Made by a program: the position numbers and the translations under genes. DNA of 24,000 nucleotides from the NCBI RefSeq assembly GCF_046036945.1, contig NZ_JBJQOQ010000014.1, positions 80,719 through 104,718 on the forward strand, given 5' to 3'. This document shows positions 7,510 to 14,046 of this stretch, piece by piece. The stretch's first letter is position 1, and the number at the start of each line of letters is the position of its first letter. Origin of the DNA: Brevibacillus sp. B_LB10_24. GTDB taxonomy: Bacteria > Bacillota > Bacilli > Brevibacillales > Brevibacillaceae. The notes beneath the pieces were generated by a model that saw nothing but the letters and a program-made list of their open reading frames with translations, did not search any database and was not told the origin of the DNA.

Positions 7510-7851
7510 GTGGAGAGACAATCCGTTCGGACTTATAACATCCCCGCTGAAGCAACGTTGGACATTTTAGGGGGGAAGTGGAAATTATTGATTCTGTGTC
7601 ATTTAAACTGTGGACCCAAGAGAACAAGTGAATTAAAGAAGGAAATACCGGAAATTACACAAAAAATGTTAACGCAGCAGCTCCGGGAGTTGGAAGAAGA
7701 CGATATCATAATTCGAACGGTATACAACCAAGTACCGCCGAAAGTTGTCTATGAAATGAGTGAGTTAGGAAAATCGCTGAAATCGATATTGGACCAATTG
7801 AACGATTGGGGCGAGCAATATATCCAAGGCCGTGAACCATTCTCAGAGTAA
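7510..7851 (+). CDS. HxlR family transcriptional regulator
   Basis: 113 aa, GTG start 10 nt after GGAGG. Signature LDILGGKWKLLIL...RTSELKKEIPEITQKMLTQQLRELEEDDII. Confidence 0.9.
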   Translation: MERQSVRTYNIPAEATLDILGGKWKLLILCHLNCGPKRTSELKKEIPEITQKMLTQQLRELEEDDIIIRTVYNQVPPKVVYEMSELGKSLKSILDQLNDWGEQYIQGREPFSE

Positions 7852-7920
7852 ATGCACTTTTTAAAGAGGTCCATATTTTTTTGCCAGTGGTGGGAGAATA
7901 GCAGATGGGAGACATGCAGC

Positions 7921-7982
7921 TTGACGAAGCGGCAGGATCGGTGTAACATTTTAATGGTTAAAACATTTAACTATTAATGGTT
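7921..7982 (+). promoter_or_regulatory. Sigma-A-type promoter plus candidate MarR operator
   Basis: TTGACG (7921-7926), 17 nt, TAACAT (7944-7949). Palindrome GTTAAAacaTTTAAC (7957-7971) is flanked by direct repeats TTAATGGTT (7951-7959 and 7974-7982). Confidence 0.5.
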
Positions 7983-7985
7983 TGA

Positions 7986-8447
7986 ATGAAGGTGGTGATG
8001 CGGGCACAGATGGAAGAGAGAAGTCAATTAGCCAAGCTGTTGTCGGTGATGGTCCATAAATTCATTGTTGCCTATGGCAAGATCCTGGACAGCGACCTTT
8101 CCGGATCCCAGGTATACATCCTGGAAATCCTGGACGAGGAAGGCGCGAAGAAAGGAACCGAACTGGCGGAGAGATTAGAGATCAGCCTGCCGGCGATTAC
8201 GAATCTCGCTAATAAATTGGTAAAAAAGGGATATATCGTGCGTCAGGTTCCCGAAAGCGACCGACGGGTGACGCTGCTTCAGATCACCCCGCTGGGTTCG
8301 CAGGTGCTGGAGAGGATTAATCAAAAGTACCTCGCCTTGACCAACACTCTTTGGGCAGGTTTTTCCGCCGAGGAGCTGGATGATCTGCTGAAGTACTACA
8401 GACGAATGGTTGACAATTTGCTGGAAAATCAAGCGGATGAGGAGTGA
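7986..8447 (+). CDS. MarR family transcriptional regulator
   Basis: Winged-helix core (GTELAERLEISLPAITNLANKLVKKGYIVRQVPESDRRVTLLQITPLG). Start is uncertain: ATG 7986, 7998 or 8010, with RBS-like AAGGTGG at 7989-7995. Confidence 0.88.
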   Translation: MKVVMRAQMEERSQLAKLLSVMVHKFIVAYGKILDSDLSGSQVYILEILDEEGAKKGTELAERLEISLPAITNLANKLVKKGYIVRQVPESDRRVTLLQITPLGSQVLERINQKYLALTNTLWAGFSAEELDDLLKYYRRMVDNLLENQADEE

Positions 8448-8453
8448 CTCAAC

Positions 8454-9209
8454 ATGCCTCAAACAGAACAGATTGCAGTAGTGACAGGCGCCGGGAGCGG
8501 CATGGGACGGGCCTCCAGCCTGAAGCTTTCGGAAATGGGCATGAAGCTGGTGCTGGTGGATTTCAACCGGCAAACAGGGGAAGAGACGCTCGGCATGATC
8601 AAGGAACAGGGCGGCGACGGTATTTTTGTGCAGGCAGATGTAAGCAAGAGCGCCGATGTGCAGCATTATGTGAACAAAGCGGTTGAAACCTACGGCCGGA
8701 TTGACGTTTTCTTCAATAATGCGGGCGTGATCCAAAAGCCGTATCTGCTGTCGGATATCCCTGACGAGGAGTTTGACCGCATCGTATCGGTCAACTTCAA
8801 AGGCGTTTTCTTCGGGTTGAAGTACGTGCTGAAGGTGATGGAAAAACAGGGCTACGGCGTGATCATCAACAACTCGTCCAGCTCCGGACTGCGGGTGGAG
8901 CACAGCTTGGCCGTCTATTCGGCGAGCAAGCACGCTGTGGTTGGACTTACGAAGTCGGCGGCGCTGGAATACGCCGATAAAGGAATCCGCGTGAACGCGA
9001 TTTGTCCTGGCGGTGTCGAGACCAACCTGGTAGCGGGCTTCCAAAAGACGATAGCCGAAACCGGGAATGTGCCGAAGATCGAATCTCCGCGCATCGGACG
9101 CATGGCTGATCCGCAGGAAATCGCCAATGTAGTGGCATTCCTGGCTTCGCCGGGAGCCAGTTACATGACCGGATCGATCGTTCCGATCGACGGCGGTCTT
9201 ACTCTGTAA
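8454..9209 (+). CDS. SDR family NAD(P)-dependent oxidoreductase
   Basis: 251 aa. TGAGSGMGR cofactor motif, NNAG, catalytic YSASK. Starts 6 nt after the MarR stop, suggesting an operon. Confidence 0.92.
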   Translation: MPQTEQIAVVTGAGSGMGRASSLKLSEMGMKLVLVDFNRQTGEETLGMIKEQGGDGIFVQADVSKSADVQHYVNKAVETYGRIDVFFNNAGVIQKPYLLSDIPDEEFDRIVSVNFKGVFFGLKYVLKVMEKQGYGVIINNSSSSGLRVEHSLAVYSASKHAVVGLTKSAALEYADKGIRVNAICPGGVETNLVAGFQKTIAETGNVPKIESPRIGRMADPQEIANVVAFLASPGASYMTGSIVPIDGGLTL

Positions 9210-9235
9210 CAGCGAAACAGCATATTTGCATGTGG

Positions 9236-9270
9236 GAAAAATACCGCCTCTGCTGACAGGGGCGGTTTTT
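9236..9270. terminator. Bidirectional rho-independent terminator between convergent genes
   Basis: Stem ACCGCCTC (9243-9250) / GGGGCGGT (9259-9266). An A-rich run lies upstream (GAAAAATA) and T5 downstream (9266-9270). It abuts the stop of the minus-strand activator gene. Confidence 0.75.
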
Positions 9271-10274
9271 CATGTCCGAATCTCGTCCTCATCGTGGCGG
9301 CAGTACTTGCGGATCAAGCGTGAGGCTTTGGATTGGCTGATTTTTAAATATTCCGCCACTTTCCGCGAGCTTTTGAACCTCTGGTATGACTCGCAAATCA
9401 TTTTCCTCTCTACTTCTGTCATGGCCGAAGCGAGCGAGGGCAGCAGCGTCCGCTCCTGTGGCGTGTGACCGCAGCAGCGAATGGCATCGGGCAAGTCGGG
9501 GACGTCGATCAAGGGATCAGAAGTGACGATCAGCTTTTCCAGCAGGTTTTCCAGTTGGCGGATATTGCCCGGCCAGGGAAACGACAGAAGCAGCTTCAGC
9601 GCTTGGTCGGAGATGCGGTGGAAACTGCCGAACTGCCGGTTGTATTTGTCCAGAAAAAAATGGATCAGCGGCAAAAGGTCGGCCTCCCGCTCGCGCAGCG
9701 GGGGGATTTTGATATCCAACACGTGAAGCCGGTAGTAGAGGTCTTCGCGAAACAGCTTCTTTTGCACCATCTCCTGCAGGTCGCAATTGGTCGCGGTCAC
9801 GATCCGGACATCTGCCTTTCTGGGTTCGCGCCTGCCGAGCGGAATGTATTCGCGGTGCGAAAGGAAGTGGAGCAGCTTTGGCTGCAGGTGCAGCGGCAGT
9901 TCGCCGATTTCATCCAAAAACAGGGTGCCGTGGTTGGCTGCTTCGATCAGGCCGATTTTTCCCTGCTTCAAGGCGCCGGTAAACGCCCCGGGCGAATAGC
10001 CGAACAATTCGGCTTCCAGCAAATTCTCCGGAATCGCCGAGCAGTTAATCGTGAGAAACGGCTGCTTCCGGCGGGAGCTGAAGCGGTGAATGAACTGGGC
10101 CAGGACGCTTTTTCCCGTACCGGTCTCGCCGTGCAGGAGAACGGTTGAGTCCACAGCAGCGGCCTTCCGGCACAGACGCAGCACCTTCTTCATGGCTTCG
10201 CTGTGGACGACAAGGGGCTGGTTTTGGTCTTCCAAGACTTGCGCTGTCGTCGGCAATGCTTTTGAAATATCCAC
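9270..10274 (-). CDS. Sigma-54-dependent transcriptional activator (bEBP) lacking an N-terminal sensory domain
   Basis: Walker A GETGTGKS, sigma-54 contact loop GAFTGA, Walker B LFLDEIGE, C-terminal Fis-type HTH (SRKVAEYLKISQSKASRLIRKY). The AAA+ core begins ~20 aa from the N-terminus. ORF-track TTG 10301 has no RBS; GTG 10274 has GGGGTGA ~7 nt upstream. Confidence 0.9.
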   Translation of the reverse strand: MDISKALPTTAQVLEDQNQPLVVHSEAMKKVLRLCRKAAAVDSTVLLHGETGTGKSVLAQFIHRFSSRRKQPFLTINCSAIPENLLEAELFGYSPGAFTGALKQGKIGLIEAANHGTLFLDEIGELPLHLQPKLLHFLSHREYIPLGRREPRKADVRIVTATNCDLQEMVQKKLFREDLYYRLHVLDIKIPPLREREADLLPLIHFFLDKYNRQFGSFHRISDQALKLLLSFPWPGNIRQLENLLEKLIVTSDPLIDVPDLPDAIRCCGHTPQERTLLPSLASAMTEVERKMICESYQRFKSSRKVAEYLKISQSKASRLIRKYCRHDEDEIRT

Positions 10275-10302
10275 TACGCTCTCACCCCTGTATATCCGCA
10301 AG

Positions 10303-10644
10303 CTATTGGGGAAGGTTTTGGCGGCCCGGGCTCTCCGCCAGGTTGAGCAGGACTACACCTACAATAATGATGGCGATCGCCAGCAGCCTGAGGGGGCTGA
10401 CCGATTCTTTCCAGAGTATGATGCCGATGACTACAGTCAGGGCGGTGCCCACTCCGGACCAAATGGCGTAAGCGGTGCCGAGCGGCAGGTATTTCAACGC
10501 GAGGGACAGGATGTAGAAAGAAGCGGCGTATCCGATGACCACGACCGTGCCGGGAACCCATTTGGTAAACCCCTCGGATAATTTCAATGCGGTGGTTGCG
10601 GTAATCTCCAGGAGTATGGCCGATGCCAAATAGACGAATTTCAT
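10303..10644 (-). CDS. SMR family small multidrug / quaternary-cation efflux transporter (EmrE/Qac subtype)
   Basis: 113 aa from ATG 10644 (RBS AAGGGGGA). Four TM segments, membrane-embedded Glu in TM1 (AILLEITATTALK), KLSEGF and AYAIWSGVG motifs as in EmrE. Confidence 0.9.
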   Translation of the reverse strand: MKFVYLASAILLEITATTALKLSEGFTKWVPGTVVVIGYAASFYILSLALKYLPLGTAYAIWSGVGTALTVVIGIILWKESVSPLRLLAIAIIIVGVVLLNLAESPGRQNLPQ

Positions 10645-11192
10645 CTCGCTTCCCCCTTCGACATGCTGATCAACAAATGCTGTACGCGCTCCCGCAGCTC
10701 GCCGTTCGTCAGCGGAGCCAGCCCAAACATCTCGGCGAACCACAAACCGTCGGCGGCCAGCCGGCAGATGGTCGCTGCTTCAGGGTCAATCCCGTCTCGT
10801 TCCAATTGTTCCTGCCAGCCTGCGTAGTAACGCCGGACAGGCTCCAACAGTTCCGGCTTGTTTACCAGTGCGGCCAGCAAGCCGGCGCTGATCTTCAATT
10901 CCTGCTCGGTACTGCGGAAGGTGGTGCGGACGTAGGCGCGCGCCCACTTCCCTGGGGAGTGGGGCTCCTGGGAGATGTCGTCCTCTATTTGCTGATGGTA
11001 TTCCTTGAACAAGTGATCGATCATACCCTCGATCAAGGCTTCCTTCGAGGGGAAGTGATACAAGAGGCCGCCTTTGCTGATATTCGCTTGCCCGGCAACC
11101 GCATCCAGCGTCAAACGGCCGATCCCCTCGTTTTGGATCAGGGCGTAAGCTGCTTCGAGAATCGTTTCGCGGGTTGTTTTTGTAGCTCCCAC
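10641..11192 (-). CDS. TetR/AcrR family transcriptional regulator
   Basis: GTG start with RBS AAAGGCGGT. N-terminal TetR HTH (TRETILEAAYALIQNEGIGRLTLDAVAGQANISKGGLLYHFPSKEAL). Its stop overlaps the SMR start (ATGA at 10641-10644). Confidence 0.9.
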   Translation of the reverse strand: MGATKTTRETILEAAYALIQNEGIGRLTLDAVAGQANISKGGLLYHFPSKEALIEGMIDHLFKEYHQQIEDDISQEPHSPGKWARAYVRTTFRSTEQELKISAGLLAALVNKPELLEPVRRYYAGWQEQLERDGIDPEAATICRLAADGLWFAEMFGLAPLTNGELRERVQHLLISMSKGEAR

Positions 11193-11231
11193 GCTTCTTA
11201 CCGCCTTTCGTTTCCGGTCTTATTTCTTTTT

Positions 11232-11261
11232 ACTATACCGTCTGGACGGTACAGTTGTCAA
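11232..11261 (-). promoter_or_regulatory. Promoter of the tetR-smr-activator operon with palindromic operator
   Basis: On the minus strand: TTGACA (11261-11256), 18 nt, TATAGT (11237-11232). A perfect 7-2-7 palindrome TACCGTCtgGACGGTA (11236-11251) lies across the -10/spacer. Confidence 0.65.
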
Positions 11262-11275
11262 TTCTTTCCTTTCCC

Positions 11276-11305
11276 CTGAGTGAGCCGTGACTCGCTTGAG
11301 TCAGG
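11276..11305. promoter_or_regulatory. Candidate upstream activating sequence for the sigma-54 activator
   Basis: Three TGA(G/C)T(G/C)A-like heptamers, centred at ~11280 (TGAGTGA), ~11291 (TGACTC, opposite orientation) and ~11300 (TGAGTCA). That is roughly one helical turn apart and ~70-95 bp upstream of the -24 element. T-tracts lie between them and the promoter. Confidence 0.35.
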
Positions 11306-11369
11306 CTGGAATCGCTTTTTTAACCGCTGTTTTTTCGCAAATTAATGAAGAATCAAGGGGTGTTCCCCT

Positions 11370-11385
11370 TGGCATTCCTCTTGCT
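11370..11385 (+). promoter_or_regulatory. Sigma-54 (-24/-12) promoter
   Basis: TGGCAT-tcctc-TTGCT against consensus TGGCAC-N5-TTGCW. It sits 46 nt upstream of the ATG at 11431 and is the only well-spaced match I found on either strand of the window. Confidence 0.8.
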
Positions 11386-11430
11386 TGAAGTGTTGGCGAA
11401 CAGCAATCTTGCGCAAGGGAGGAACAGGAA

Positions 11431-12855
11431 ATGGAACGCATTTTTGTGAACGGGCAATTTGCCGACAGCACAGCGGAAAAAAGCAAGGTGATCGTCAATC
11501 CTGCAACGGAGGAGGAGATTGCCGAAATCCCGCTGTGCGGGGAAAAAGACGTGGAGCAGGCAGTAGCCGCGGCCCGGAAAGCCTTTTTCAGCTGGGGAGC
11601 GACGACACCGGCAGAGCGAAGCGCCCTCCTGCTGAAAATTGCCGATCGGGTGGAGCAGCATCTGGAGAGCCTGGCGCTGATCGAATCGCAGAATGTCGGC
11701 AAACCACTCGAGGTCGCAAGGTTTGACGTGTGTGCCTTTGTCGATAATCTGCGCTTTTTTGCCGGAGCCGCCCGAACGCTGCAGGGCTTGAGCTGTGGCG
11801 AATACATGGAGGGACACACCAGCATGATCCGGCGCGAGCCCGTGGGCGTCGTCGGTTCCATCACGCCATGGAATTACCCGCTGCTGATGGCCGGCTGGAA
11901 GATTGGTCCAGCTCTGGCCGCAGGCAACACAGTGGTGCTCAAACCGTCGGAGTTGACTCCCCTGTCAGCGTTGAAGCTGGCGGAGCTGACGGCAGACCTG
12001 CTCCCGCCGGGCGTGTTGAATGTCGTCACAGGGCTTGGCGAGGAAGCGGGAGCGGCGTTGGCCAGGCATCCCGGCGTGCACATGATCTCGCTCACCGGTA
12101 GCGTCAGGGCGGGCAAGGCGGTTGCCCGGGAAGCGTCCGCCGCCTTGAAAAAAGTGCACCTGGAGTTGGGCGGTAAGGCTCCCGTGGTCATATTTGACGA
12201 TGCCGACCTTGACGAAGCCGTGAACGGGATTCGCCTGGCCGGATTTTCCAACAGCGGACAGGATTGTACGGCGGCCGCCAGAATTTATGTGGAAAAAGGA
12301 TCGTACGAAGCGCTCCTGGACAAACTTGCAGCCGCAGCCCAGAGCATCGTCGTAGGTGATCCGCTGACGGAAGGGACGGAGATGGGGCCGCTGGTCTCGC
12401 AGGAACATCTGGAAAGAGTCGCCGGTTTTGTCGAGCGCGCCCGGAGCAAGCCCCAGGTACAGGTACTTGCCGGAGGGGAGAGGCTAGAGGGCCGCGGATT
12501 TTTCTACAAGCCGACAGTGCTTGCGGGGGTCAGCCAGAGCGATGAGATTATCCGGGAAGAAGTGTTTGGTCCCGTGGTGACCGTCATGCCGTTTGCTTCC
12601 GAGGATGAGGCAATGGAGCTTGCCAACGACTGTCAATATGCGCTGTCCACGTCTGTCTGGACACAGAACACGTCGCGGGCGATGAAATTCGTCAAACAGC
12701 TTCAGTACGGAACCGTCTGGGTCAATACCCACTTCCTGCTGACCAGTGAAATGCCGCATGGCGGTTTCAAAAATTCCGGTTATGGCAAGGATCAATCGAT
12801 CTATGCCGTCGAGGAGTACACCGAGATCAAACACGCCATGATTCGCTTTGCATAA
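11431..12855 (+). CDS. NAD-dependent aldehyde dehydrogenase, gamma-aminobutyraldehyde dehydrogenase (PatD/YdcW)-like
   Basis: 474 aa. RBS GGGAGGA. ALDH motifs ELGGKAP and catalytic GQDCTAA. Long stretches match my recollection of E. coli PatD (EGHTSMIRREPVGVV, PWNYPLLMAGWKIGPALAAGN, VWVNTHF..SEMPHGG.K.SGYGKD). Confidence 0.92.
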   Translation: MERIFVNGQFADSTAEKSKVIVNPATEEEIAEIPLCGEKDVEQAVAAARKAFFSWGATTPAERSALLLKIADRVEQHLESLALIESQNVGKPLEVARFDVCAFVDNLRFFAGAARTLQGLSCGEYMEGHTSMIRREPVGVVGSITPWNYPLLMAGWKIGPALAAGNTVVLKPSELTPLSALKLAELTADLLPPGVLNVVTGLGEEAGAALARHPGVHMISLTGSVRAGKAVAREASAALKKVHLELGGKAPVVIFDDADLDEAVNGIRLAGFSNSGQDCTAAARIYVEKGSYEALLDKLAAAAQSIVVGDPLTEGTEMGPLVSQEHLERVAGFVERARSKPQVQVLAGGERLEGRGFFYKPTVLAGVSQSDEIIREEVFGPVVTVMPFASEDEAMELANDCQYALSTSVWTQNTSRAMKFVKQLQYGTVWVNTHFLLTSEMPHGGFKNSGYGKDQSIYAVEEYTEIKHAMIRFA

Positions 12856-12883
12856 CCATCAGCGAAACGGAGGTTGACTTGTT

Positions 12884-14008
12884 TTGAAGCAGGATTTCGT
12901 TCAGCTGCAGCATCGCTACCATGAAGATGTGGAGCGCTCTTACACACTGCCCTCTTATTTTTACTTCGACCCTGCTGTCCTGGAGGCGGAGCGGAAGGAG
13001 ATTTTCGAAAAAAGTTGGATTTGCGTCGGCCATGAGGAGAAAGTAAGGGAGCCGGGAGATTATTTTACCGTGTCGCTGTTCGACCAGAATATCGTAATCA
13101 TCAGAGGAAAGGATCAGGTCGTGCGGGCTTTTTACAATGTCTGCCCGCATCGCGGCCACGAATTGGTAAGCGGGGAGGGCAACAAGCCGCTGATCGTCTG
13201 CCCGTACCACGCATGGAGCTTTCAGCTTGACGGCCGCTTTCACAACGGCAGGGCTGTCCGCCAAATGAAGCAGTTCGACGAGCAGGAAGCTTGTTTGCGC
13301 CCTGTCCAAGTGGAGCGCTTTGCCCATTTCCTGTTTGTCAATCTCGATCCTGCGGCGAAGCCGCTGCAAGAAATGATTCCGGGAGTGGAAGAAGAAATCC
13401 GGCAGCGCGTACCCGTTCTGGACAAATTGACGCTATCGCACAGAATCTCCTATGAGATCAAAGCCAATTGGAAAAACGTGCTCGACAACTACCTGGAGTG
13501 CCATCACTGTGCCGTTGCCCATCCGCAGTTTGTGGAGATTGTCGATATGGCCAAGTACCGACTGAAGACGTTCGACTACCACATCCTGCAGACCGGTGCA
13601 GGCAAAAAAAGGCTTGGCAGCAACCGGACGCCTGATGATCAGGAAAACGCTGTGGCCATGTATACCTCCTATTGGCTGTGGCCCAACCTGGCGATTGACA
13701 TCATGCCGGGAGAACCCGGGCTGATCGTCATGCATGTACTGCCTGACGGTCCCGAGACAACGGTGCAGCACCTGGAGTTTTACTATTTGCAGAAGGAGCC
13801 GACGCAGGAGGGATGGGCCAATATCGAATATCAGGACAAAGTGCTGAATCCGGAAGATTTTGCCCTGGTGGAAAGCGTGCAGCGGGGGCTGCGTTCCAAG
13901 GGATACGCTGACGGGCGCTACGTCGTCGACCAGGATCGTTCGTCTATCAGCGAGCATGCCGTGCACCACTTTCACGGACTCGTGCTGAAAGCTTTGGGAG
14001 CGCGCTAG
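12884..14008 (+). CDS. Rieske [2Fe-2S] non-heme-iron oxygenase, alpha/oxygenase component (CntA/YeaW/GbcA-like)
   Basis: TTG start 10 nt after GGAGG. Rieske motif CPHRGHEL...CPYHAWSF. Mononuclear iron motif NYLECHHCAVAHP. Segments AFYNVCPHRGH, ANWKNVLDNYLEC and PEDFALVESVQRGLRSKGY resemble carnitine/gamma-butyrobetaine oxygenase YeaW/CntA as I recall it. Confidence 0.9.
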   Translation: MKQDFVQLQHRYHEDVERSYTLPSYFYFDPAVLEAERKEIFEKSWICVGHEEKVREPGDYFTVSLFDQNIVIIRGKDQVVRAFYNVCPHRGHELVSGEGNKPLIVCPYHAWSFQLDGRFHNGRAVRQMKQFDEQEACLRPVQVERFAHFLFVNLDPAAKPLQEMIPGVEEEIRQRVPVLDKLTLSHRISYEIKANWKNVLDNYLECHHCAVAHPQFVEIVDMAKYRLKTFDYHILQTGAGKKRLGSNRTPDDQENAVAMYTSYWLWPNLAIDIMPGEPGLIVMHVLPDGPETTVQHLEFYYLQKEPTQEGWANIEYQDKVLNPEDFALVESVQRGLRSKGYADGRYVVDQDRSSISEHAVHHFHGLVLKALGAR

Positions 14009-14046
14009 GACGCGTTCCCCCACATGCGAATGGAGGGCGACAAACC

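Noticed and set aside
8175-9044. 289-aa minus-strand ORF antisense to the MarR and SDR genes
   Set aside because: It overlaps two strongly supported + strand genes. It has no RBS and no recognisable domain.
9465-11279. + strand ORFs 9465-10148 (227 aa), 10090-10581 (163 aa) and 10623-11279 (218 aa), opposite the activator, SMR and TetR genes
   Set aside because: The minus-strand frames contain unambiguous AAA+/GAFTGA, EmrE-like and TetR HTH motifs. The + strand translations are compositionally aberrant and lack RBSs.
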